Shown here piece after piece: positions 1-9,334 of a DNA stretch of 64,000 nt. The stretch covers positions 953-64,952 of the forward strand of contig CAZWTV010000001.1 of assembly GCA_964637225.1 (NCBI GenBank). Reading direction: 5' to 3'. Made by a program: the position numbers and the translations under genes. Within the stretch, counting starts at the first letter, position 1; the number at the start of each line of letters is the position of its first letter. This DNA comes from an uncultured Sediminibacterium sp. Lineage in GTDB: Bacteria; Bacteroidota; Bacteroidia; Chitinophagales; Chitinophagaceae. The notes under the pieces were generated by a model. That model had not been told where the DNA came from. It made no database searches and was given only the letters and a program-made list of their open reading frames with translations.

Positions 1-998
1 GTAGTGCCTCCTTCGCTTACAACATAGATGCCCAATTCACCTCTTGCAGTTTCTACTCTTGTATAAAATTCGCCCTTAGGTATCTTCAAAACATTTTTTG
101 TTTTAGCTACAAAATCACCTTCAGGTATATTATCTATGAGCTGTTCAATAATACGAATAGACTGATTCATTTCTTTGACGCGTACTATATAACGAGCAAA
201 AGAATCTCCAGCTGTTTCTAAAATTTCATCAAATGCTACTTTATCATAAATTTCGTAAGGATAAATTTTTCTAATATCACAGCTTACTCCACTTGCTCTT
301 GCAACAGGGCCGGTACAACCATAAGAAATAGCATCCTCAGCGCTTAAAATTCCTACTCCTTTAGTTCTACTTTGAAAGATAACATTGTTGGTAACTAAAT
401 CTTCGTATTCAGTTACTTTAGATTTGAATTGAGAAATAAAAGCTTTTACTTTTTTCTGAAAATCGGGGTGTATATCATACATCAAACCGCCAGGCACAAT
501 ATAATTCATGGTTAACCTTGCGCCACAAGTATCTTCCATTATTTCAGTAATCATTTCTCTTTCTCTAAAAGCATAGAAAAAGGGTGTAAAAGCACCTAGG
601 TCCATAGCCATGGCTCCCAACCATAGTTCATGGGAAGCTATTCGAGTTAGTTCACTTAAAATAACTCGCACATATTTGGCTCTATCTGGCACTTCAATTT
701 GTACTCCTTTCTCTACTAATAAAGCACAGCCTAAATTATTTATGTGAGAGGATAAATAATCCATTCTGCTGGTCACATAAATAAATTGACGATAGGTTAA
801 GCTTTCACACATTTTTTCAATGGAGCGATGTATATAACCTAAATGGGGTTCAATTTTTTTAATGGTTTCTCCATTGAGTGTCACTACTAAATGAAGTACT
901 CCATGTGTAGCAGGATGTTGAGGCCCCATATTTATGACTAATTCGCCATCGGCGCCTAAATCACTGGTATCTTTTATTATTTCAGTTTGATGGTACAT
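1..998 (-). CDS. nuoD: NADH-quinone oxidoreductase subunit D (N-terminal ~332 codons; 3' end beyond window start)
   Basis: ATG at 998 (minus); hand translation MYHQTEIIKDTSDLGADGELVINMGPQHPATHGVLHL is a typical NuoD N-terminus; frame open to position 1; follows nuoA-B-C. Confidence 0.9.
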   Translation of the reverse strand, partial: MYHQTEIIKDTSDLGADGELVINMGPQHPATHGVLHLVVTLNGETIKKIEPHLGYIHRSIEKMCESLTYRQFIYVTSRMDYLSSHINNLGCALLVEKGVQIEVPDRAKYVRVILSELTRIASHELWLGAMAMDLGAFTPFFYAFREREMITEIMEDTCGARLTMNYIVPGGLMYDIHPDFQKKVKAFISQFKSKVTEYEDLVTNNVIFQSRTKGVGILSAEDAISYGCTGPVARASGVSCDIRKIYPYEIYDKVAFDEILETAGDSFARYIVRVKEMNQSIRIIEQLIDNIPEGDFVAKTKNVLKIPKGEFYTRVETARGELGIYVVSEGGT

Positions 999-1005
999 CT
1001 GCCAA

Positions 1006-1497
1006 TTATAATTTTATCATGTTGATAGGGTCTTCAAAATCTTTTCTGAGAGGCCAGTATCCTTTTTTTTCATCAAATCCTTTCGGAGTATCTTCTTCTA
1101 AAATTAATTTTCTTAAGTCGGGATGGTTGTTAAAGTGCACGCCAAACATTTCAAAAACCTCACGTTCTAAAAATTCAGCAGTCCTCCAAATAGTACAAAC
1201 GGTATCTATGACAGGGGCCTCTCTATTTATATTGGCTTTAATGACAATACTTTGACGATGAGTGGTTGCTGACAAATGATATACCATGGTTAAATGGGTT
1301 TTAAAATCTACACAGGTTAAGCAAAACAAATAATTCATTTGCATTTTACCGTTTCTCAAAGAATTCATCAATGCATGAAGGGTTGTAGATTCAACTACTA
1401 CATTTAGCCACTCTCCCGTTTCATCAAAAACTGCTGTAGGAGCTAGAGAGCTGATATACTCTTTAATTTCTTCTTGTTTTATTACTATTTGAGTCAT
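1006..1497 (-). CDS. nuoC: NADH-quinone oxidoreductase subunit C
   Basis: 163 aa; 30-kDa subunit-like sequence (EREVFEMFGVHFNNHPDLR); sits between nuoB and nuoD. Confidence 0.9.
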   Translation of the reverse strand: MTQIVIKQEEIKEYISSLAPTAVFDETGEWLNVVVESTTLHALMNSLRNGKMQMNYLFCLTCVDFKTHLTMVYHLSATTHRQSIVIKANINREAPVIDTVCTIWRTAEFLEREVFEMFGVHFNNHPDLRKLILEEDTPKGFDEKKGYWPLRKDFEDPINMIKL

Positions 1498-1504
1498 TTT
1501 AATT

Positions 1505-2050
1505 TTACACTTTAAATTCTCCTCTAATTTGTTCGCGGGTGAGACCTAATTTAATTTTTTCTTGCAAAGAAATTAATGAGTGAAGCAAGGCTTCGGGTCG
1601 TGGAGGACAGCCAGGAATATAGACATCTACAGGAATTACATGATCTGCTCCTTTTACCACTGAATAAGTATTGTAAAAGAAGGGGCCACCACTAATAGCA
1701 CAAGCACCCATGGCAATGACATATTTGGGATCGGCCATTTGATCGTATAATCTTTTTAATACGGGAGCCATTTTATTAACAATAGTACCTGCAATAATAA
1801 TGACATCGGCTTGACGTGGTGAAGCTCTAGCCACTTCAAAACCAAATCGAGAAAAATCATATTTAGCAGAAGCGGTTGACATCATTTCAATACCACAACA
1901 ACTTGTAGCAAAAGACAAAGGCCATAAAGAATTAGATCTTGCCCAATTAATAATACTATCAAAAGTGCTTACTACTATACCGCCTCCAGGTGTTTCATGT
2001 ATAATTCCTGGGAAAGCTTCTTTTCCTGTTGTTTTTTCTTTTAATTCCAT
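1505..2050 (-). CDS. nuoB: NADH-quinone oxidoreductase subunit B
   Basis: 181 aa; N2 cluster cysteines ([27 protein letters not shown]). Confidence 0.93.
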   Translation of the reverse strand: MELKEKTTGKEAFPGIIHETPGGGIVVSTFDSIINWARSNSLWPLSFATSCCGIEMMSTASAKYDFSRFGFEVARASPRQADVIIIAGTIVNKMAPVLKRLYDQMADPKYVIAMGACAISGGPFFYNTYSVVKGADHVIPVDVYIPGCPPRPEALLHSLISLQEKIKLGLTREQIRGEFKV

Positions 2051-2391
2051 TTTAATGCACCTTTTTTATGAGCGTATAAAAAGCCCATGAATAATATAAA
2101 CAGAAATACCAAAATTTCTATAAATGCTACCATGCCTAATTTTTTTACTACCACCGCCCAGGGATATAAGAATACAAGTTCTACATCAAATATTAAAAAC
2201 AATAAGGCAAATAAATAATAGCCCACATTGAATTGATGCCAGGGTGAACTTTGGGTGGGAATGCCACATTCATAAGCTTCTCCTTTTTGAGGGTTTTTGC
2301 TTCCTTTTACTAAAATTTTTCCAATTATAATGCCCCCTGCAGAAAATGCAATAGCGGCAATTAATAAGGCAATTAAAGAAATCGGGCCCAT
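2041..2391 (-). CDS. nuoA: NADH-quinone oxidoreductase subunit A
   Basis: 116 aa, three TM segments, [12 protein letters not shown] motif; overlaps nuoB start by 10 nt. Confidence 0.9.
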   Translation of the reverse strand: MGPISLIALLIAAIAFSAGGIIIGKILVKGSKNPQKGEAYECGIPTQSSPWHQFNVGYYLFALLFLIFDVELVFLYPWAVVVKKLGMVAFIEILVFLFILFMGFLYAHKKGALKWN

Positions 2392-2519
2392 AGAAAATTT
2401 GGTATAAAAATGAAGCTGTAAAGTAGTAATAAATTGGCTAATAAATACTTAGGTAATCCACATATAATCCACCCTTTAGGAAATTTTACAAAACCAGATG
2501 CCAGTGGCTAGGAGCTGGG

Positions 2520-3371
2520 TTATAAAATAACATCTAAAGCGAGTGGACTAACAGTAATTTTTAATACTTCGTTATCGGTAAAAAGGTTTTCTCCATCAAT
2601 ATGAATAGGAGCTTGACGGGCATAATGTATGCAGGAATTATTAATCGCTTGGAAATTTACTTTAGTAGATTTGTGAATATTTTTTTTAAATAATCGCACT
2701 GCTAAAATACAAGCCTCGAAGGTATTCAGAATGCCAATTTTAACTAATTCTAATTGTCCATCCCGAATATTTGAAAATGGAGAGATATAAGCATTGTTGC
2801 CAAATTGATTAGCATTGGCTATGCTTAAGGAAAATATTTTTTCTTTTATTCCATCATTTATGCCTATTTCTATGGGCTTATAATTCAATAAAGTAAGTAG
2901 AGTGGCTTTCATATAGTTTAATAAACCCCTCCCTTTACTTTTTGCAAAGCAATGAGCAACTGCTGCATCAAAACCAATACCTGCTGTGCAGAAAAAAGGT
3001 TTTTGATTAATATAACCAACATCAATTTTGATCACACTGCCTGATAATACTTTATTAAAAGCTTTTTTAAAATTTAATGGAATTTTTAAATGTCTAGCCA
3101 AACCATTTCCTGAACCAATGGGAATAATTCCTAATGGAATAGATTTGCCCACTAATGCCGATGCGACTTCGTTAATAGTTCCATCGCCTCCCACGGCAAT
3201 AATGCGAGTGGCTTTTTCACTTATGGCTTGGAGAGCTAATTTAAATGCTTCTTGAGGTTGAGTGGTTTCCCAAAGAATGTGATGGGGATCGGTTTTTATT
3301 AGTGAACTAATTTTTAAAAAGATTCTTTTATTATTAGCGCCGGCATGGGGATTCACAATATAATAATTCAT
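2520..3371 (-). CDS. YegS/BmrU-type diacylglycerol/lipid kinase family protein
   Basis: 283 aa; DAGK catalytic-domain motif IIAVGGDGTINEV and GIIPIGSGNGLAR. Confidence 0.8.
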   Translation of the reverse strand: MNYYIVNPHAGANNKRIFLKISSLIKTDPHHILWETTQPQEAFKLALQAISEKATRIIAVGGDGTINEVASALVGKSIPLGIIPIGSGNGLARHLKIPLNFKKAFNKVLSGSVIKIDVGYINQKPFFCTAGIGFDAAVAHCFAKSKGRGLLNYMKATLLTLLNYKPIEIGINDGIKEKIFSLSIANANQFGNNAYISPFSNIRDGQLELVKIGILNTFEACILAVRLFKKNIHKSTKVNFQAINNSCIHYARQAPIHIDGENLFTDNEVLKITVSPLALDVIL

Positions 3372-3375
3372 AGTA

Positions 3376-3954
3376 CTAGCGTTTCAATGCAGCAATATTG
3401 CTAGAAAATATTTTGACTGCTATAGCTAAAAGAATAACTCCAAAAAATTTACGCACCGCTAAAAGACCAGCAGGGCCTAAAAGTCGTTCAATAAAAGCAA
3501 GAGATTTTAAAACCACATATACAACTACTAAGTTTATAAGTATACCTGTTGCAATATATAATTCATCATAGTTGGCTTTTAGAGACATAATGGTGGTTAA
3601 GGTACCGCTACCTGCAATAATGGGAAAAGCAATGGGAACTACCGCCCCTGCTTGTGCATTTTTATCTCCTTTGAAAATTTCATGCCCCAATACCATTTCT
3701 AATCCCAATAGAAAAATGACAATAGAGCCCCCCACTGCAAATGATTTTACATCAAGACCTAAAATTTGTAAAAATGGTTTGCCTAAAAATAAAAATAAAA
3801 TCATGAGTGCACCAGAAATTAAAGTCACTTTAAAAGACTGAATGGCTCCCGATTTTTCTTTCATTGCTATTAATAAAGGAATAGATCCTACAATATCTAT
3901 GACGGCAAATAACGTAAAAACTACTGTGATTAATTGATCTAGATGCAATTCCAT
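3376..3954 (-). CDS. MarC/UPF0056 family integral membrane protein
   Basis: 192 aa, about six hydrophobic segments, MarC-like layout. Confidence 0.7.
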   Translation of the reverse strand: MELHLDQLITVVFTLFAVIDIVGSIPLLIAMKEKSGAIQSFKVTLISGALMILFLFLGKPFLQILGLDVKSFAVGGSIVIFLLGLEMVLGHEIFKGDKNAQAGAVVPIAFPIIAGSGTLTTIMSLKANYDELYIATGILINLVVVYVVLKSLAFIERLLGPAGLLAVRKFFGVILLAIAVKIFSSNIAALKR

Positions 3955-3990
3955 AAAAAAAGCTTTGTATGAAGGTACAAAGCTTTTTTA
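3955..3990 (-). terminator. Intrinsic terminator after the TonB receptor gene (bidirectional-looking hairpin)
   Basis: agctttgta (3961-3969) pairs with tacaaagct (3976-3984), 6-nt loop, flanked by A6 and T6; on the minus strand the U-tract runs straight into the marC-like ATG (3954). Confidence 0.7.
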
Positions 3991-4010
3991 AATTTAATTT
4001 CTATTAGTAT

Positions 4011-5939
4011 TTATTTCAATCTTATTCCGAACGCATACATCTGGCCAATGGTATTATAGCCATTGATTTCTTGAAATTGTGTACCAGTCAAATTTTGAGC
4101 ATCAAGATATAATAAAATATGTTGGCTGTATTTATATTGTACATGGGCATTTAGTAGGGTATAGCTTTTTAGTAATACATCTTCTGTAGCGTAGCCACCT
4201 ACATCATATCGTTTACTGATGTACCTTGCTGCAATACTAACATCAAATTTGGGATGGAGTATATATGTCCATTGAACTGATGCAGTATGCTTGGGGCGCT
4301 TTAATAGATAATTATAAGTAATGGTATCTGTGGTAGTGACTCTGTTTTGATTAGTTTCTTGACCATTCATGAGTGTATAGTTCAATGAAATTTTATTTTT
4401 TGCATTGATCTGTCCATTTATTTCCCATTCTATTCCATTCACTTTTTGTTGTATATAATTGAAAAAATTATAATCAATATAATGATAATCTATACCATTA
4501 TTAATGATTCTATTATAATAAACGGCTCTTGCAAAAAACTGATTATTTTTAAATTCCACGCCCATTTCTGTATTAAAGGATTCTTCAGGTTTTAATTGGT
4601 CATTATAGCTTAATTGATATAATGATGGAACTTTAAATCCAGTGGAAGCACTAGCCATCCAACGCCATTGGGTATTGAATGCATAAGAGGAGCTAATAGT
4701 AAAGGTTTGATTTCTTCCATACCGGTTGTTATTATTCATTCTTCCTCCCATTTCAATTAACCATTTATTAGATGCATCTTTAATTTGTACAGAAGTATAC
4801 AAGGCAGTTTGGTATTGAAAAGTGTCTTTAAAATTGTCATTATAAGGCCCGTACTTACTCAATGAAATATAGTTTTGATGGTAGGATCCATATCTTAGAT
4901 CGCTACCTATAATCCATTGTATATTTTTTAAAAAAGTGTTGGAATAAAAAGCATCTGCAAAATGTGATTTTCCTGCATACTGATTATCTTCAAAAATGAT
5001 ATAGGTCTTGTCAATGCTATCGTTTTTATATTGTCGGTCTTGGGTACTCAATTGATATTTTAATTGGAAAGTTGATTTTTCTTTTTTGTATTTTAAAATT
5101 AGTCCAGACAATTTTGTGGCATTATGAAATCTTTCATCTTTATCATCTTTAAAGGCGCCATAATCTATATCTGCATTATAGCTAGTTTGGTGGGTAAATA
5201 ACTTCACATTCCAAAATGGATTAAAAGTATAATTGACATTCGCCCACCAATTTTTATTATGATAGCCGTCCTTGTCAAAATTATTTTTTCCAGTGATATC
5301 GGTGGCACTAGAAAATCCATTAGCGTTTTCATTGGTACCACCTAAGGCATAACTTAATTTGCCTATACTGCTACTGTGTTGTAGATTTATTTTTTGAGTA
5401 CCATAAGACCCCACACTTATATCCGAGAAAAAAGTTGGCATGGACTTATTTTTAGTAATAATGTTTATGACTCCTCCAATAGCATCGGAGCCATACAATG
5501 TACTTTGGGCACCTTTTAATATTTCAACACGTTCAATTAAATTTAAGGGCACCAGGTTTAGATCAAATTCATTACTAATCATAGACGGATCACCCACAGG
5601 CATTCCATCTATTAAAACCAAGGTTCTACCACTAGAAGCCCCTCGCATATAAATGCTAGGAACTGTTCCAACATTACTTAAACTTCCCGGCAAGTATAAA
5701 CCTGCTTGCTCATTTAATATTTGAGCAAGCGTTCTTCCTGCATTTGCTTGAAGCGTAGTGGCATTAATAACAGTAACAACTTTACCAGTAGTACTTTGTT
5801 TTTGTTCTACTTTATTTGCAGTCACAATGACTTCATCTAAAGTGTTGGCATTATTCCATTTTGTAGAACTGTCTTTTTGACTAAAGAGGGCGGTGGTGGC
5901 CATTATGCACACCAAGAGCATAATAATTTTTTGGCTCAT
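4011..5939 (-). CDS. TonB-dependent outer-membrane receptor, BtuB-like (cobalamin/corrinoid uptake inferred from riboswitch)
   Basis: 642 aa; signal peptide, plug region (DEVIVTANK, RVEILKGAQSTLYGSDAIGGVINI), long beta-barrel; cobalamin riboswitch in its 5' leader. Confidence 0.85.
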   Translation of the reverse strand: MSQKIIMLLVCIMATTALFSQKDSSTKWNNANTLDEVIVTANKVEQKQSTTGKVVTVINATTLQANAGRTLAQILNEQAGLYLPGSLSNVGTVPSIYMRGASSGRTLVLIDGMPVGDPSMISNEFDLNLVPLNLIERVEILKGAQSTLYGSDAIGGVINIITKNKSMPTFFSDISVGSYGTQKINLQHSSSIGKLSYALGGTNENANGFSSATDITGKNNFDKDGYHNKNWWANVNYTFNPFWNVKLFTHQTSYNADIDYGAFKDDKDERFHNATKLSGLILKYKKEKSTFQLKYQLSTQDRQYKNDSIDKTYIIFEDNQYAGKSHFADAFYSNTFLKNIQWIIGSDLRYGSYHQNYISLSKYGPYNDNFKDTFQYQTALYTSVQIKDASNKWLIEMGGRMNNNNRYGRNQTFTISSSYAFNTQWRWMASASTGFKVPSLYQLSYNDQLKPEESFNTEMGVEFKNNQFFARAVYYNRIINNGIDYHYIDYNFFNYIQQKVNGIEWEINGQINAKNKISLNYTLMNGQETNQNRVTTTDTITYNYLLKRPKHTASVQWTYILHPKFDVSIAARYISKRYDVGGYATEDVLLKSYTLLNAHVQYKYSQHILLYLDAQNLTGTQFQEINGYNTIGQMYAFGIRLK

Positions 5940-6099
5940 TGTTTTAAGTTTTTAGTGAACAATGAGCTTTCTGTAGAAAGAGAAACATAATTAATTAAGA
6001 GACAGAAAAAGTAGTTGCATTCTTAATGCATCTGAATTACTTTTTTAATGCTCTTGATTTTTTACAATCTCTGCTTTTTACCCGAAAGCTGTTGATTTT

Positions 6100-6250
6100 C
6101 TTAGATTAGGCAGGTCTTCTGGCTTGTTCTTATAGATGCATCCTTCCCAAATGTCTTCAGTGGATAATTAGCACCAACATTTTTTTTCTTAGAACTTACA
6201 GCTACGGGAATAGCTCCCGATTTGAACGGGATTCCCTATTAATCATTTTC
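6100..6250 (-). ncRNA. Cobalamin (B12) riboswitch aptamer in the leader of the TonB receptor gene
   Basis: Minus strand reads ..GATTAATAGGGAATCCCGTTCAAATCGGGAGCTATTCCCGTAGCTGTAAG..CCACTGAAGACATTTGGGAAGG..AAGCCAGAAGACCTGCCTAATC. It matches the conserved AGGGAA, GCCACTG-like and B12-box (AGCCAGAAGACCTGCC) elements, closely parallel to the E. coli btuB leader. P1 is GATTA/TAATC. Confidence 0.9.
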
Positions 6251-6268
6251 ATGAACCTAATGCAAACA

Positions 6269-6276
6269 CAAATTTA
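6269..6276 (-). promoter_or_regulatory. Bacteroidota -7 promoter box (TAAATTTG) for riboswitch/receptor transcript
   Basis: Exact TAnnTTTG on minus strand about 20 nt upstream of the riboswitch P1. Confidence 0.5.
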
Positions 6277-6365
6277 ACATTAATAGTTCTCTGGAAGTTT
6301 TTAATTATTAACCCTTTGTTGAAAACTTAACCATTTTTATTATATTTATAATTCATTGTTGTAAT

Positions 6366-7703
6366 ATGAAGGAAAAGCAGGGTATAAGTTTTTTTAGTCT
6401 AACTATGATAGTAGTAAGTCTTGTGATTGGCATGGGTATTTTTAAGACACCTGCTACAATTGCTGCTAAATCTGGAACTCCCCTCATTTTTTTCAGCGCC
6501 TGGATGATAGGAGGCTTGATTGCACTTTTTGGAGCTTTAACTTACGCAGAAATTGGTCAAAGACTTCCGGTGATGGGTGGCTATTATAAAGTATTTGCTC
6601 ATTGCTATCATCCAGGTGTGGGATTTACCATTAATATTTTAATATTAATTAGTAATGCTGCTTCTTTAGCTGTGGTGGCTTTAATTGGAGCAGACTATGT
6701 GAGTGATTTATTATTTGGCAGGCCTTCTGGAACTTTTTTTAATATCATGGTGGCATCCATTTCTGTAGGACTTTTTTATATTGTTAATTTATTAGGTTTA
6801 AAAACAAGTAGTCGTACACAAAATATTTTAACCGTTGTTAAAATATCATTAATTGTTTTATTAATTTCTTCTTTGTTCAAAGGAGTCACTGTTCCACCTC
6901 ATGGCATCAATGAAGGAAAAATTTACAATTATGATGGATCCAATGGAGCACTTTTATTATTAGTAAGTTTGGTTTCTGTATTTTTTACCTACGGAGGATA
7001 TCAGCAAACAATCAACTTTGGCTCTGAAGTAAAATCGGCAAACACCATGCAGAGGGGAATTGTGGTGGGTATTTTAGTAGTCTTATTTTTATATTTGGCA
7101 ATAAATTATACTTATGTAAAGGTGATTGGATTTGATCAAATGAAAAATGCTAACGCTATTGGATCCCTACTATTTGAAGCTTGGTTTGGAAAATTTGGCG
7201 CTAAAGTTTTTGATTTTGCAATGGTATTAAGTGTGCTGGCTTATGTGAATGTTATTTTAATGAGCAATCCTAGAGTTATGTTTGCCATGAGTGAGGATAA
7301 AGTACTTCCTGCTTTGTTTCAAAAAAAACATCCTAACACTGAAGCGTTAGTGCCTGGTTTAACAGTATTTGCTATTACAACTATTTTAGTAACATTTTTT
7401 GGAAAGGGGGTGGATGATGTACTTAGTTTTAGTATTTTTTTAGATTGTATGGGTATGAGTACCTCTGCCGCCACTTTATTATTATTAAGAAGAAAAAAAC
7501 AAGGAGATGAAGTAGTTACTGGAGTGCTAAAAAAATGGACACCTATTTTTTGCATTACTTTTGTTTCCTCTTATGCTTTGGTGGCTTGCGCTGTAGTAAT
7601 AGACAAGCCTTATTCTGCTTTAACTGCTATTATTTTGCTTTGTATTGTGCTAATTTTATATAGTGTTTTTTATTATAAGCCAAAGAGCCCTCAGGCATCA
7701 TAG
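6366..7703 (+). CDS. APC-superfamily amino acid permease
   Basis: 445 aa, about 12 TM segments, N-terminal GxG-type permease motif (VIGMGIF). Confidence 0.8.
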   Translation: MKEKQGISFFSLTMIVVSLVIGMGIFKTPATIAAKSGTPLIFFSAWMIGGLIALFGALTYAEIGQRLPVMGGYYKVFAHCYHPGVGFTINILILISNAASLAVVALIGADYVSDLLFGRPSGTFFNIMVASISVGLFYIVNLLGLKTSSRTQNILTVVKISLIVLLISSLFKGVTVPPHGINEGKIYNYDGSNGALLLLVSLVSVFFTYGGYQQTINFGSEVKSANTMQRGIVVGILVVLFLYLAINYTYVKVIGFDQMKNANAIGSLLFEAWFGKFGAKVFDFAMVLSVLAYVNVILMSNPRVMFAMSEDKVLPALFQKKHPNTEALVPGLTVFAITTILVTFFGKGVDDVLSFSIFLDCMGMSTSAATLLLLRRKKQGDEVVTGVLKKWTPIFCITFVSSYALVACAVVIDKPYSALTAIILLCIVLILYSVFYYKPKSPQAS

Positions 7704-7817
7704 ATTACTCTTAATAATGAGATTTGAGTTGAATTCAACCTTTTATCGTTATTAATTGCTGTTCAGCATAACCCCTTTCCGTCTGTCTAAAATTTACTAA
7801 ACTAGGTCTTTATGTAG

Positions 7818-7825
7818 TATTTTTG
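7818..7825 (+). promoter_or_regulatory. -7 promoter box (TATTTTTG) for tolC-like operon
   Basis: Exact TAnnTTTG 30 nt upstream of ATG 7856; the track's TTG start (7823) lies inside this box. Confidence 0.5.
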
Positions 7826-7855
7826 TTAAGCAAAAAAGAGCAAATAATAATATAC

Positions 7856-9316
7856 ATGAAACACCTTTTAACGATAATTCTTTTTTTCTGTTCCATTAGT
7901 TCAATGGCGCAAGAGCCCACTAAATGGGATTTGAAATCTTGTGTGGAATATGCGATTCAGCATAATATTTCAGTACAACAAGCAGATATTCAGGCTCGAA
8001 TTGCTAAACTTCAAGCTACATTGGCTAAGTCGAATCAACTTCCCACCATTAGTGGTTCTACCGGAATGGGTTTGAGATTAGGACGTTCCATTGATCCCAC
8101 TACCAATGGTTTTTCTAATACTCAATTTTTATACAACAATTTTGGAGTCAATGGCGGTATGCAATTATTTAATGCAGGCAGATTGAAAAATAATGCAGAA
8201 GCTAGTACTTTAAGTTGGTTTGCCAGTGAAACTGATAAACAAACTATAGCCAATGATATTTCTTTGAATGTAGCCACTTTTTATTTACAAATATTATCTG
8301 CCATTGAACAGTCTGAAATTGCTAAAATACAAATTCAACAAACTAAAGAGCAATTTGTGGCAACCTCCAAAAGGGTAGAAGTAGGCTTATTGCCTGAATT
8401 AAATTTATTAGAATTAGAAACACAATTAGCGAATGATAGTAGTAGTTATATTAGTGCAATGGCAAATGTGCAACAAGGAAAATTAAATTTAATGGCACTT
8501 TTAAACTTGGACGCTTCTCAAAGTTTTGATATTGTAGCGCAACCTGTTGATCAAATTAAATTACAATCCTTTGCCGATTTACAACCCGATTACGTATTTA
8601 ATTTTGCCTCTCAAAATTTGCCTAATGTAAAAGCGGCATCTTTACGTGTGAAGGCAGCTCAGAAAAATACCTTAGTGGCTAAAGCCAGTTTTTATCCCAC
8701 AATTAGTTTTGGCTACAACTTGAGTTCTAATTTTTCCAATCAGTTTAATTATATAAGTAGTTATGAGATGAATGGGTTTACTACTCCAAACGCCACCACC
8801 CCTTTTGTAAACATGAACAATACTAGATATTATGTTCAATCACCTGTTTATACACCTATCACTTCTACACGTAACTGGAGTTCTATTTGGAATGGATGGA
8901 ATAATCAAGTGAATAATAACTTTGGTCAAAGTGTTGGATTGCAAATGTCTATACCCATATTTAATGGTAATCAATCTAAAATTGCTTACAAACAATCCAA
9001 GTTAAATTTACAAAATGTAACTTTGCAAGAAGAAAATACACAGCGTAAACTAAAGCAAGATATTTATGCTGCTTATACAAATGCAGTTGTCTCTTTTAAC
9101 AAATTAAATGCTACTCAAAAAGCATTGACAGCAGCAGAAAAAACGTATCAATTTGCAACTAAAAGATATGAATTGGGGCTATTAGGAACCATTGAATTAT
9201 TAAATAATCAAAACAATTATTTAAAAGCAAAGGTAAATTATAAAACAGCTCAATATGAGTATGTTTTTAGAATCAAATTATTAGAATTTTATAAGGGAGA
9301 AGCATTAACATTATAA
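7856..9316 (+). CDS. TolC-family outer membrane efflux protein
   Basis: Start moved to MKHLLTIILFFCSISSMAQ (signal peptide); two OEP repeats with long coiled segments. Confidence 0.85.
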   Translation: MKHLLTIILFFCSISSMAQEPTKWDLKSCVEYAIQHNISVQQADIQARIAKLQATLAKSNQLPTISGSTGMGLRLGRSIDPTTNGFSNTQFLYNNFGVNGGMQLFNAGRLKNNAEASTLSWFASETDKQTIANDISLNVATFYLQILSAIEQSEIAKIQIQQTKEQFVATSKRVEVGLLPELNLLELETQLANDSSSYISAMANVQQGKLNLMALLNLDASQSFDIVAQPVDQIKLQSFADLQPDYVFNFASQNLPNVKAASLRVKAAQKNTLVAKASFYPTISFGYNLSSNFSNQFNYISSYEMNGFTTPNATTPFVNMNNTRYYVQSPVYTPITSTRNWSSIWNGWNNQVNNNFGQSVGLQMSIPIFNGNQSKIAYKQSKLNLQNVTLQEENTQRKLKQDIYAAYTNAVVSFNKLNATQKALTAAEKTYQFATKRYELGLLGTIELLNNQNNYLKAKVNYKTAQYEYVFRIKLLEFYKGEALTL

Positions 9317-9334
9317 GAAGTAAAAATAAAAACA

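Noticed and set aside
7728-7739. Perfect 12-nt palindrome GTTGAATTCAAC followed by CTTTTAT after the permease gene
   Set aside because: It gives only a 4-bp stem once a loop is allowed and has a short T tract. It may be a weak terminator or a protein site, but there is not enough evidence to annotate it.
7823-7855. N-terminal extensions in the ORF track: tolC 7823, gpsA 10746, hemD 14019, uvrC 23563, DUF2721 23531, purA 44053, relA/spoT 46416, ABC 52584, pdxA 56877, ruvC 60161, 60177, rsmE 33517, dnaX 31505, MBL 62907
   Set aside because: The extensions start at TTG or GTG codons, several of them inside TAnnTTTG promoter boxes or inside a terminator (52584). They encode non-conserved hydrophobic junk ahead of canonical N-termini, and downstream ATGs fit the family N-termini.
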